This document shows positions 39,266-52,375 of a stretch of 64,000 nt of DNA, one piece after another (within the stretch, counting starts at the first letter, position 1; every line of letters begins with the position of its first letter). A model generated the notes under the pieces. It ran no database searches, was not told where the DNA came from, and saw only the letters and a program-made list of their open reading frames with translations. The position numbers were made by a program, and so were the translations under genes. The stretch is from Octopus vulgaris (taxonomy: Eukaryota): positions 56,048,001-56,112,000 of the forward strand of contig OX597815.1 of assembly GCA_951406725.2 (NCBI GenBank), written 5' to 3'.

Positions 39266-40152
39266 TGGAATGGTTGTAGAGAAAACCAGAAAGAATGAAG
39301 AATGAGAGAGAGAGGGGGACAGTAAGGTAGAAGAAAAGGAAACCAGAAAGAATGAAGGATGAGAGAGGGAGGGGGACAGAAAGGCTAAGAGTGCACATCA
39401 TTATTAATATTAAGATAAAACTTACTTATGTATATATATATATACATGTAGATGTAGGTACATATATATATGTATGTATATATGCATGTTTTATTTATTA
39501 ATTTGTTATTATATGACGGAACGCACGCATCCATTTCTAAGTAAGTTTTATCTTAATATTAATAATGATGCACACTCTTAACCTTTCTGTCCCGCTCCTT
39601 CTCTCATCCTTCATTCTTTCTGGTTTCCTTTTCTTCTACCATACTGTCCCTCTCTCTCTCATTCTTCATTCTTTCTGGTTTTCTCTACAACCATTCCCTT
39701 TTTTTCTCCCCCTTTCTCTTACTCCTCCTCCTCCCTCCCATCGTTGACCCGCAACGAGGCTACTACTGTCTTTCTGACCTGGCTTCTTCAAGTGTGAACG
39801 ACTTTCCTGTCTCTCTTTTGCCGTCCTCAAAAAGCACTCAAAAAATATTTTTTCTTTCGTTCTGGCTTAACAGCTCTCCATGTTTGTGTTACTGTTATTC
39901 TCCTTGTCCTGTCTTTTACTGTTTATATTTTGTACTGTCTTTACTGTCCTGTTTTTGTTACCATTTTTACCCCTCCACAAAAAAATCTCAAATTTTATTT
40001 AATTTGCTTTTCGCGGGAAGGAATGTTTCATTAAAGTCATGTCTCGCCTTTACCTTCGAAACGCGGAGTAGATGAAACAAAGGCGACTGAAGAAGGGGAA
40101 TTTTCCTTGTATTGTATGTCCTATACTCTATTTTTATGTTGTTTAAGAAAAA
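39265..40152. mobile_element. Non-coding PLE-like repeat with a 5' inverted segment
   Basis: 39265-39430 is the reverse complement of ~39540-39695; the body matches 15690-16340. Confidence 0.75.
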
Positions 40153-40154
40153 TA

Positions 40155-41690
40155 TGGTACTTTTCACCTACAGATTGATCACCATCCATTATCATTAATA
40201 TTTGGGTTAAAAAAAGGAATTCCTACCCATACTTCTAATAGATTGCAATGTTGGGCTATGATATTATTAAACTATGATTTCAAGATGGAGTATATACCAT
40301 CCAAGAAATTAGGTCATGCAGATTGTTTGTGAAGACTGATTTAAAAAAATGCAGAACGATTTGATGATACCATGATTGCCACTTGTGAGCGGAAAATGAA
40401 ATTGAAAATGTTTCATGTAACATCATTCATGGACTACCAGTTACCTTACAAGACATAAAATTAAAATCAGAAAACAATAAATTCATTATAAAAATGAAGG
40501 AAATACTGAAGGCTAAAAGTGATAAAAATATGCCAACACAAATATGAACCATTTCTCACTGTGTGACAATATTTTGATGTGTGCACAAAGAGTCATAGTG
40601 CCAGCCACACTACAAAAGTGATTATTAAAGGAATTTCAAATTGGTCACCCAGGGATTTTGAGAATGAAATCGTTAATGAGGAGTTACCTATATTGGCCAA
40701 CAACAGACCGTGACATTGAAGAATCTGTGTAATCATGCAGAGGGTGTGCCTTAGCTGTAAAATCACTAAATGGCAACCATGGCCAAAAACAGATGTTCCA
40801 TGGGCCAAACAGCATATTGATTACACAGGTCCACTTAAGGATTCATATTACCTTGTTGTGGTGGACAGTTTTTCAAAGTGACCAGAAGTGCATAAATGTA
40901 AAAAGCCAACATCTGTGGTTACAATAAGTTTTTAACATGAATTATTCGCCAAGTATGGTATTCCAGACACCTTTGTGTCTGATAATGGAACTCAATTTAC
41001 AACAGACAAGTTCAGAAAATTTTGTAAAATGTTTGCCATCCATGTCACCACTCCGCCTTATCATCCTAGGTCAAATGGACAAGTGAAGCATTTTGTTGAT
41101 ACTTTCAAGAGGGCATTGAAAATGGCAAACAATGAAGTGATGGACTATTTTGCACTCAAACAATTTCTAAGAGTGTACCAGGTGACACCTAATCTAAATA
41201 CTCTCTCAGGAATGTCACCCGCAGAATTGATGTTTGCTAGAAAGATCAGATCTGTTTTAGATTGGCTGATACCGAGTGAAAATAAAAAAAAAAGGCAAAC
41301 AATAAAAGTACTTCAAAATTTTTCAAGTTAGATGACAAAGTTATTTGTAAAGAAAGCTGGGAGGACAGTATAATAATTAAACAATTTGGAAGAATGACAT
41401 TCCTGGTAAAAGGAAAAAATATCAAATGCAAAAGACATATTAACCAGCTTAAGCAAAAATTCATAGAAAAAATAGTCACAAGAAATGAAATCCCTATGGA
41501 AATATTGTATGACCCATTTGAGATACCAACATCAAAACAATTTGAAACTACACGTTCTAACACCAGAAAATTGAAAAGAACAGAACACTGGAATTGAACC
41601 CTAAATGTAAGAGATATTAAAACTTGGAGTGGAATTCTGTTCTCAAAAAAGAAGATAGGGGAGACTGATTTTAAAAAGGGGAGATTCTAA
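40155..41690 (+). mobile_element. Ty3/Gypsy pol remnant (RNase H end and integrase), ending at a PPT
   Basis: HIDYTGPLKDSYYLVVVDSFSK; ORF 40975-41331 reads SDNGTQFT...TPPYHPRSNGQVKHFVDTFKRAL...SPAELMFARKIR; purine tract aaaaaggggaga at ~41673-41684. Confidence 0.9.
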
Positions 41691-42380
41691 AAAAGATTCT
41701 GACCCCCACCAAATGACTAAAGGTGGATTGATTCATTGTTATAAATTAAAGAGCTGTGAGCGATTGGCAGTTCATGTTGGTAGCAGTTCACTGTGAGCCT
41801 TTGATATAAAACATTGAGTCTCATGTAATAGATTAATATTAATATTAAATGAATTAGACTTTGATATAAGTTTAGTCTCTAAGTAGTTCATTATTAATAA
41901 GGGATCTATAAGATTGAAAGCCTAAATTATATAGGTTAACAGTTTTGTTTGCGTGAACAAGGATTCCCAATTTCTTCTTAACCTCTTTAGTCAGATTATG
42001 CAATTTCCTTAAGTTTTCATTATCTCTCTCTCTCTTTCTCTCTCCCTCCCTACCTTCTATCTCCCTCCCTTTTCCTCTCATTCTTTCTCTCCCTCACACA
42101 CACACACATACACACACACTCATCATTCTCATTATTATCATCTTACTTATATTGGCCAGATGGAATTCATTGAAACCAATTTTGCTGACCCTCACCTGTC
42201 AGCACATATAATGTGTGTGTGTGTGTGTTGGTGCTGTTGTTACACATTGAGGCTAGGATAAGACTTTACAGAACTGCCTCTATGGAGACTAGCTGTTGTT
42301 ACAACCTGAATTATCTATATAGACTACTGGCTTGTATATCTGAGCTGCTGAGTTTTGAAGATTTTCTTGCTATGACCATT

Positions 42381-42531
42381 TTGTGTGTGTGTGTGTGCGT
42401 ATGTGTGTGTGCATGTGCATGCATATGTGTGTGCATGCATGTGTGTGTGCATGCACATGTGTGTGTGCATGCATGTGTGTGTGCACGCACGTGTGTGTGC
42501 ACGCACGTGTGTGTGCATGTGTGTGTGTGTG

Positions 42532-42576
<45 letters not shown>
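42381..42576. repeat. (TG)n/(TGCA) alternating purine-pyrimidine tract
   Basis: Direct inspection. Confidence 0.95.
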
Positions 42577-42577
<1 letters not shown>

Positions 42578-42834
42578 TTTGTGTCCCAACATTGCTTGAC
42601 AACTGCTGTTGATTTGTTTACAGTTTGTTTGACAGTCTGGCAAAAGTGAATGATAGAATAAGTAACAGGCTTTTAAAAAAAGTACTAGGCCCAATTCGTT
42701 TAACTAAAAATTCTTCAAGGCAGCGCCTCAGTATGGCCACAGTCTAATGACTGAAGCAAGTAAAATATAAAGATAAAAAATATACACACACACATACATA
42801 TACAATATATACACATGCAATGCTTCCAGAAGTC

Positions 42835-43200
42835 GGTTTTACCACGATGGGCAGGTCTTCTCAAGAATCTTGCATTGCCAGACATCCTGGCCCATTATCA
42901 TTTCATCTTTGTGACTCAGTGTCCTGAGGTCAGCCTTCACTACTTCATCCCATGTCTTCCTGAGTCCTCTTTGTCCACAGACTCCATGCACATCTAGTGA
43001 TCAGTACTATTTTATACATCTGTCCTCATCCATGTGCATTACATGTCCTTACCAACACAGTCTTCTTTTACACTACATCTCTTATGCCTAGCTTTTCTCT
43101 TAGCAGATTTGTAGTATGCTATTCATGCACACTTACATTGCACATCCCATGGAGCATACTCACTTGATATCTTTCCAATCTTCTTTATGTCCTCTGCATA
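42835..43200 (-). mobile_element. RTE LINE 3' fragment
   Basis: Reverse complement resembles 38330-38660. Confidence 0.7.
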
Positions 43201-43267
43201 TATATATCTATGAAGATGTACTTGCATAGCAAGTGACTTAATCTGAGATTGTGTGCTGAAACAAAAA

Positions 43268-43490
43268 CAATTGCAGCATGGAAGATGTTTGTAAGCCATT
43301 TAAGAACACACAAAAACTGTTAGTTGCACTTCAACATTTAAATTTAATTTGTGTCAAAATATTTTCATCGTTTTGAAACCGTGACAAAACTTCATGCAGC
43401 ATGAAGTTCTGTCAGTGAACAGGCCGTGGTTTGAAAGCGCTGAAAATATTTTGACACATGGCTTACAAACATCTTCCATGCTGCAATTGT
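43268..43490. repeat. Palindromic (hairpin) element
   Basis: acaattgcagcatggaagatgtttgtaagccat / atggcttacaaacatcttccatgctgcaattgt; inner arms tgtgtcaaaatattttc / gaaaatattttgacaca; centre aacttcatgcagcatgaagtt. Confidence 0.85.
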
Positions 43491-43589
43491 ACACACACAC
43501 ACACATACACACACAGACATACATATTGTCAATAGTTCATATATCCCAAAAAAGCACACTCTAAAGAATTAGAGTAGTAATGTGTTTTT

Positions 43590-43787
43590 AGGAATTCAAA
43601 TGTTATGGCCAGTCATAGAGTGATCATTGGTTTCACACCAATAAAGTGCTTAGCAGTATAGGCAACTCATCAGACTCAAATGTGCTGAAAGGGCTTAACG
43701 CCTTTGGCCATTTGAGTCTGACAAGTTGCAAAACCAATAGGTGCAAAACCAATGGTCACTTTATGACTGGCCATGATATTTAAATTC

Positions 43788-43790
<3 letters not shown>
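43590..43790. mobile_element. Head-to-head pair of PLE pLTR fragments, each with a decayed hammerhead
   Basis: Minus 43618-43677: gagt CTGATGA gttgcc...ggtgt GAAAC caatga TC actc. Plus 43714-43761: gagt CTGACAA...gc AAAAC caatgg TC actt. Same family as 22050-22250. Confidence 0.7.
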
Positions 43791-43841
<51 letters not shown>

Positions 43842-44662
43842 CTGTGTTTTATAAACTCTCTTTTGTATCTACTTTACTACATTATGTCACTCAAATTGTA
43901 ATACATTGATACTGATAACGTTCCCAACTGTCTGTACATCACTCTATAATCAAAATATATGATTGAACTTTATTTTAAGCAACAAGAGCAAAATGCTTTT
44001 TACATTCTTTTACTAGCTTTTATTTCAAGTTAAGTTTTGTGGTTTGAAGCCAATAGTCTTCCTTCCTCTGTAAACGTTATGTTTTTTTTTAAATCTTACT
44101 TATTCTTTTAATAAACACTTCTCTTACTATTTAACAAGTGATATACTGAGCATAATAAAAATTTCAGTAAACTACTTTTTACACTCTTACCCAATGTACT
44201 TTCTGGACCTAACAAGGAAGCCTCTTGGTTGTTGCTCAACCTGTCAGAAATAACAGTCAAATTTCTTTCAAATCACACCCTATTGTTTTACAAATAGGAC
44301 ACACTGTTGTGTGTCCTATGATATACTATGCTTGAAAAAAGTTGGAAAGGTCATGTTTGAACATCTATTATTCATAGGTCTTCTTGATCAACAATAAAAC
44401 TGTTATTTAAAAAACAACAGTTTTATAAAATACATTGTATAATTCACATTTGTCAGGTAAAACCAGAACAAATATTTTCCACCTCAGTTTTAGAATGAAT
44501 ATCATTTGGATGAAAATAAAAAAATGAAATATAAACTCATGCATTATTATTGAATGATAGTGCACGACAAAAGAGAATGTCTTAAAAGCGAAGTGTAGAC
44601 AAAACATCTAAGAAAATTCAATATTTGAAATGGTTTACAGGATGTGTAGCAGTAATTCTTAC

Positions 44663-44731
44663 CTGTATCCAAGTTCACTGATGGAAACAGTGACATGATT
44701 CCATCATCCAGGTTGATTTCTTCCTCACAAA
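44663..44731 (-). CDS. Isolated 69-nt internal coding exon of an unidentified host gene (xCEEEINLDDGIMSLFPSVNLDTx)
   Basis: Minus: ttttttatttgttag|TTTGTGAGGAAG...GGATACAG|gtaaga. Canonical sites, length divisible by 3, open phase-1/phase-1 frame, non-repetitive flanks. Confidence 0.65.
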
Positions 44732-45814
44732 CTAACAAATAAAAAAATGGATAACTTTTATTAAAGTTCAATGTGTTAGTAGAATTGAATTAAAACATTA
44801 AGTGAAACGAGTAAAGAAAAAAAGAGGGGAGGTACAGAGTAGAGTGTACAACAATTACTCTATAAGATGAAAAAGATATTCGACTGGCAGTCCAATATGT
44901 GCAGTTCACTGATGGGATAATGATAAAACTGGTTAAAAAGAGTTGCAATTTGAGAGCTATTATCATAACTAATACTTTCCTATGGCACTAGCATAGACTT
45001 GTACAAGAATAAAAGACTTTTGGTTTTAAGCAGCATGAATGAATGTACAGATGCCATTAACACAAAATCATACATTCCTTTAAAAAGATTTAATAGCATC
45101 CTACCTTAAATCCACAAACAATTTAGCAACACGAATATATCAAATATGTATCTATAAGCATCAGTAAGATAATTAGTGCTTTTTTTTTTCTTGAGAAAGC
45201 CTGTAAACTACTATTACAAGGCACTAACATGGTGTCACTATATCATGCCTAGTGTGCCATATGCTTCAACTTTGTGTCTCACATTCTACATGCTACCACC
45301 TCCAGCAATGCCCACCTACATGCAGCTAATATTATACTTCATTTCTTTCTGATGCCATCTATACTACTTCAAGCCAAATCTGTACTGATTCCATAAACAA
45401 GTTTTGAAAACATCCTTCAATTGGGCTATGCCAATTTTGTCTCCTTATTGTTCATCCCTCAATAACTTATCTCTCCACCACTCATTTACTCTTCTCCTCA
45501 TCATTCACCTTCTCACCATCCACATTCTCTTCTGTTTCAGTATTATTCTGCTGGTGTGATTTAATAAATACAGAATCTATTAGTCCATACCATCACATTT
45601 TCTGTACTGCCAGTCATCACTCTTCCTTCACTGAAGTACTTGCTATCAACATCCATTGCTCATCAACCATCTCCACTCTTATTTACCACCTTTCAGCTTC
45701 ACTGTTATTGACCAGCAACCACCTCTACTAACATTATTCAAACATTATTTCCCATCTACAGATGTTCTTTTTCACCATGACTGTTCTATCTTTTCCTTTT
45801 CCTTAATCCCTCTA

Positions 45815-45864
<50 letters not shown>

Positions 45865-46029
45865 ACATTTACTCATTGCTATTTTCCACAATCATATGCT
45901 ACACACCTTCCTCCCAAGCACTGCTGTAAACAGCAGAAGTGAGCTAGAGCATTAAAACTTAGTGCACATGCACAACAGAGTCCAAGGTCAATCTGTGCCA
46001 AGCGACTTTACTCTGCATGCTTTAGCTTC

Positions 46030-47780
46030 ATTACTATGGCAACAGTCCGGATACTTATTGATCAGACTATGTATATACAGACATATATATATGAAAACAG
46101 CAATAATAGACGTGAAATAGACGGTAACTTTCTGACTGGTCAAAACCAACGACTACATAAAGCATATATATATCTTTTACATATAAAGATTTCAGGCTTC
46201 CAGCTAGAAGCACTCCAAGAAGCAAACTTTCAGTCAGATCTAGGGTGACATAGTGGTGGAACAGTGAAGTAGACAATGCCATAAGAGTAAAGAAACAGGC
46301 CTAGAAGGATTGGAAGAGTGGGAGTAGCAGACAACTATTCCAGATAGCTAGAAAAGAAGCTAGGTGACATGTATATTTAGGAAAGGGAGTGGTAGAAAGG
46401 AAGAGGTTTGCCAATGTTCTATGGTGTGAGGACCAGAGGCATGTCTGAGAAAATTATGATATAAGAGAGAGGTGTGTGTGTATGGATGAAAGATAGTACA
46501 CTTAGTGATTTTGAAAAGATGCATGAAAGTATGAAAGTGTCACCGTGAAAGGTTGCTAAAAGTGGAAAATGCATGGTAGATGGAGAGTCTTCCTAATATG
46601 AAAAATAAAAGAAGGACCATCAATCTGATTTGACAGCAGCATGATAGATTAAATAATTAAGGATATGAAGACAGGGAAAGCTCCTAGTCCATCAGGAATT
46701 ACTGCCAAGGTGCTTAAAATATTTGGTGGAGTGGGATATAGCAATCCTTCTAGTAACCTGTATAGTTAATCAGGTTCTCCAGGAAGCAGTCACCCAAAGA
46801 CTGATGATGGAATATTATAATCAACTGCTACAAAGCAAGTAATTACAGAAGTATCAAATTGCTGGATCAGGTCATGAAAGTTTCAGAACAGGCCAGAACT
46901 CAATTAATTAGAAAGAGAGTTAACCTGGATGAAATGCAGTTTGTGTTTGTGCCAGGAGTACTACAAATGCTATCTTACTAGTATGGCAAATGCAGGAGAA
47001 GCATTTAGTCAAAAATAAACTATTGTACATGGCATTTGTCAACACGGAGAAAACTTTTGACAGGGTCCCTTGCTCCCTCATCTGGTAGTCACTGAGGAAG
47101 CTAGAGATAGGTGAGTGGCTGGTGGCAATCTTCAAGCCATGTAAAGAAATGTTTTCAGTAAGAAAAATAGCAACAGCGAGCATAGCAATGAATTTAGTGT
47201 GTACATAGAATTTCATCAAGGTCAGTTCTCTGCTCCTTCTTGTTTTTTATCATGGTCCTCCAGGCCATAACAGAGAAATTTTTAGACTGGTTGCTCATGG
47301 GAGATCCTCTATGCTGATGATCTTATCATCATAGATGAATCAGCAGTAGAATTAGAGAAGAAATTTCGAGTGTGGAATCAAGGCATAGAATCAAAAAATC
47401 TTAGGGTTAATTTAGTAAAGACAAAGTCCTAATGAGCAGGAAAGCTGACAAATTACTAGTCCATCCAGGAGAAGGGCCCTGCCCAATATATAGAAATGGT
47501 GTAGGTAGACATTTTATATGGTGTACTCAGTACAAGCTAGGGATATATAATAAGTGCAGTGGAATCAGAGGAAGGTTAACAGAGAAAGTAATCTTTGTGT
47601 ATAGTAGATGTATAGGAACAATAAACCCTAAAGGAAATAGATTTCTTCAAGTATCTAGGGGGTGTCCTTAGAAGAAGTAAATTGTTTCTGTTACCTTGGT
47701 GACCAAATTAGCAGTGGAGGAGGATACTCTAAAAATGTAGTTTCTAGAATTAGAACTGGCTGGGAAAAGTTCCAGGTAGT
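46030..47780 (+). mobile_element. RTE LINE, decayed, including the YADD motif
   Basis: MKTGKAPSPSGIT; NYRSIKLLDQVMK; LYMAFVNTEKTFDRVP; WEILYADDLII (~47298-47330); FCYLGDQISSGGG. Confidence 0.9.
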
Positions 47781-48059
47781 GAGAAAAGTAACTAGAATCA
47801 CAGAAAAGATGATAAAATATATAGTTCTGCCCTTATTTAATTATAGTAGTGAAATACTACTGATAAACAAGTGATAAAGGGATCAGTGGTAGAGAATGAA
47901 GAGGTGGAGAGTGGATTTGATAAGGTGAAGGGCCCAATTGTGTATGTAGACGTTATGTTTCCAGAACCTCAGTTTCACCAAGACATCAAGATGGGTGGGT
48001 CTTTTTGAGCACTGCATATCACCAGTCATACTAGTCCTTTGTCTACCCCTAGCATACTC

Positions 48060-48650
48060 AGTGACTACCAGACTGTAGAATGAGAAACCCTTTTGAAGAC
48101 TTTCCCCAGCTCAACAAATGTTAAATACAGTAGCTTGATTTTAACCAAGAACATCTGCAGTAGCCCCAGCAAGAAGAGGGTATAGTAGTACTTCTCCTTG
48201 GCACAAAACTGAACTGCATCTCATTTATCCATAACTTTCATTACCTTGCACAACAATTTAATACCAATATAATTATCTCTCTCTAAAGTATTTCCTTTAA
48301 TTATGTAGCAGTTGACTATAATTTTGCTATGCCAATCATTGGGTACGACACCTTCCTGTACAATCTAACTGCCCATATGGGTAACTATGCAGTTTCCTAC
48401 ACCACCAGGTATTTTAAACATACCAGCTGTAATTCCTAATGACTGCCTAGGGGCTTTTCTTGCCAGAATATGGCTGGTTCTTCTGATCCATGTAGGGAAG
48501 ACCTTCTTTTTCCCATGCATTCTTCACATTTAATAACTTTTCACAGAGGCACTTCTCTGCTTCTCTCTTTTCAAAATCACTAAATTCAAGTATACTAATA
48601 TCCATATGTACATACTTCTTCCTACAAGGTCTTGATTTTCTCTAATACGT
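48060..48650 (-). mobile_element. RTE LINE fragment
   Basis: Reverse complement matches the KAP/NYRG/EMQF region of the other RTE copies. Confidence 0.7.
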
Positions 48651-50975
48651 TGCCTTAGAAGAGATGCAGTCACATCAAGCATATTCATAAATATTAGTTT
48701 TTATTCATAAACATATGAGAAAAATAGAGAAAACATAAGAGGTGACAATATGGTAGTTCAGAGGAGAGAAAGTACTGGCTGGCAGCACAGCACATTGTAG
48801 TTAGCGTGTATTGGATGGGAGAAGAGGGAATGATGGTGGCCTTATGCAATCACTTATATATGAGTCTGCTAAAAGATAAGAGGACTGAGTGATGAAAATG
48901 ATGCAATCAACACAGAAGGTAGGGAAATGAGAAATGCGAGATGGAAAGTTATGAGTGATAAGGTTGAGGAAGGAGTTGAGCAATTGTTAGATGAGAGGGA
49001 CCAAGACTGTAAGGTGAAAGAGAATAAATATAGGCCTAGCAAGTTACAAACATTGCAACCTTTAGGTGCTACATTTGAGTTCAGCATTGCATATCAAAAA
49101 TTGTTTTAGTCCTTTGTCATCTCCTCTCTGAGATGCAGCATATTCAAGTCATCTCATATCTTCCTTAGTCTCCCCTTTTTCACAAGTTCCACCTGCTATT
49201 CCTACGCCTGCGCGAATACGGTGTTGTTATCAACCCCAGCAAGTGTTCGTTCGGAGTTGCGCCCCTTCATTTTCTCGGGCACATCGTCGTCCACTTCCCG
49301 AGAAAGTCAAAACCATCGTGGATTTTCTAGCACCCAAATCTCTTCGCAAATTGCGGAAATTTCTTGGCTTGGTAAATTTATACTGGAGATTTTACTCCAC
49401 TGTGCAGAGACAGCCCAACCGCTCACAGATTTGCGGCGACAGCGAAAATGCAAAAATACAAACATTGCCTTGAGTGAAGAACAACTTGTCTCTTTCGCTG
49501 CCTTGAAAACAGCGTTATCTAACGCTACCATGCTAGTGTATCCCAAACCAGACGCCCCACTGTGTGTACTAGTTGATGCGTCCGATTCCGGATTTGGGGG
49601 TGTACTGCAACAACTCACTGGCGATATTTGGCAACCTGTATCCTTCTTCTCCAAGTACTTAAAACCAGCCGAGACTTCGGTACTGTATTTAGTGCAACAC
49701 CTCCACCGGTCATGAACGTCCATACGTGCCGTTTTATCTGCTTTGCATTCCCTAGCACTTCCTGGTGTCCGCGTCACACAAAACCCGTTTCGCGTGGCCC
49801 AACATCAACAAGGACACCTGTGATTGGGCTAGGATCACATTAAATCTCCCATCGGTTCCTTTGTAACTCCAGATGCACGTTTTCAACACATGCATATCGA
49901 CATCGTTGGACCCTTGCCTCCTTCCAACAATTGTACTCACCTGCTCACCTGTGTTGACAGATTTTCTCGCTGACCGGAAGCTTTTCCCCTATCGGACACT
50001 TCTGCAGAAACTGTCGCCAAAACGCTAGTTTCATTGGGTTTCGCGTTTCGGCACACCCACGACGATCACAACCGACAGAGGACGTCAGTTCGATTCTCAC
50101 CTTTTCACCGAGCTGACTCGTCTCCTCGGATGTAAACACACCCGCACAACAGCTTACCACCGCGCAGCAAATACCATGGTCGAACGCTTTCACCGCCGAC
50201 TATAAAAGCATATCCAGACTGCTCCATCTAGTTGGAATATTTCCCTCTCGTCCTCCTTGGTATTCGATCCACGGTTAAGGAGGGAGTTGGACATACTCCG
50301 GCTGAACTAGTCTATTACACGGCACTCGCTTTACCCGAGCAAATGATCGACCCTGTTTCATCACAAGACTTTCCGGACCCAGCAAAATATGTTCACCGCT
50401 TACGGACATCTATGTCGCATTTGTCCCCTGCAGGCCCCAGACAACAGAACGTCGCTTCACATGTCCCAAAGGACATCAATGCTTGGACGCATGTTTTCGT
50501 TAGAAATGATGAAATACCTTCACAACTTCGGCCACCATATTCCGGGCCCTACAAAGTAATCCAAAAAGAACCAAAGTATTTCGTCTTCGACATCGGAGGA
50601 AAACGAAAGACTGTCTCTGGTGATCGCTTAAAAAGGCATTAATCGAAGAGGACAGAGGACTTACTTTCAGATTCCACCGTTCCTCAAACGGACTCAACAA
50701 CTTCAGCTTCACCCATCGCAAACACCTCAGATTCTGCACAACCCCGGCACACCAAATCGGGGAGGACAATTCGAATGCCCGTAAGATTTGTTCGAGTCTT
50801 TCGAGTAGGTACAAACTCTTTACCAACCCGTTTTCTCAGTTGAAACGTCCACAATGTTCACATCAACAAATAAAAACAATTTGTTTTCCTTATGGTTATG
50901 AACAATTTACACATACATAACCCAAGTGACTCTGCATCACCCGCATAAAACAAAAACAAAACAAAGAACATTTTG

Positions 50976-51014
<39 letters not shown>

Positions 51015-51210
51015 TTCTATATCAACGAAAAACATCTTTTATGAACATTGTTCTGCTAATTGAACTGACTGAATATTTCACCAACTAACTTTTTCCATGA
51101 ACATTTTCACTTTTCTGTAAAATTATATTTTCTTGCATGTACATATGTTTTGCTTTGTTTTTAAAATGTTTTGCTCTCCTACATCACACCTGTATGCTTA
51201 CACACACTTG

Positions 51211-51989
51211 GGATCTTTTCCTTTTGAACGGCACTTTTCAACACAATTTCTAGTTAACTAAACACTTTTAAACTTCATATACTGGTAGAATGTGTTTATA
51301 AAACATCATTTTTTCTTGGCTTTATTGAGAAAATTCTATATGTTGTAACATATTTCGTCTTTAATTTCGAGCATTTCGGCAATTTTAACCAATCGTTGAC
51401 CCCCATTTAGGTAAATAACATTCTGTGCATAATGAATATGTCCCTCCTTTAAGAAACAGATTGGGTTTATTTACATTTGTGAAGAAAAAAGTTACCCTTC
51501 CCCCACCCCTAAATCTAAAATAGATTGAAATGCAATAGATCGATACTAGGGTTATAATTATGGGTGACAATTTCATACGATACCGCTACGGAAAATGGGT
51601 TTTCTAGCGGTGTCAAATAAAAATGTCACCCATAATTATGGCCCTAGTATCGATCTATTGCATTTCAATCTATTTTAGATTTAGGGTTAGGGGTTGGGGA
51701 AGGGTATCTTTTTTTCTTCACAAATGTAAATAAACCCAATCTGCTTCTTAAAGGAGGGATGTATTCTTTATGCACAGAATGTTATTTACCTAAATGGAGG
51801 TCAGTGATTGGTTAAAATTGCCGAAATGCTCGAAATTAAAGATGAAATATGTTACAACATATAGAATTTTCTCAATAAAGCCAAGAGAAAATTATGTTTT
51901 ATAAACACATTCTACCAGTATACGAAGTTTAAAACTTTTTAGTTACCTAGAAATTATGTTACAAAGTGCCGTTCAAAAGGAAAATATCC
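51211..51989. mobile_element. Second foldback DNA transposon (779 bp, palindromic), 8-bp TSD, nested in the Gypsy 3' UTR
   Basis: GGATCTTTTCCTTTTGAACGGCAC...GTGCCGTTCAAAAGGAAAATATCC; TSD CACACTTG at 51203-51210 and 51990-51997. Confidence 0.92.
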
Positions 51990-52375
51990 CACACTTGCAC
52001 CACTCATATTTTAACGTGTGCTATTTCTTGCTCGCCACGCCACTGAAAGACAACTTACCTCTAATAGACCTCTAGTGGGTCGCATAATGAATGAAGTTGC
52101 ATATCTCTTTCAACGCGCCAGCATATTACATTTATGCTTCTGCCTAGGCATATACACATCGCCTAACATATATTGCACACACCAATCTGAACGTTGACTT
52201 TTTTGCTTTACCGTTTTTCTTCATTTCTTTCACTTCCCATGTTTTTGACATGTATTCATTTGTTTGTAAATGACACTGTATCAATTTTTCTGAATTACAC
52301 ACAAAAACACATTTTCAATATCACACGCATCTGTATCGTTCGATCTCTATGGCTTTCTCACCAGAAGGTGGGTTG

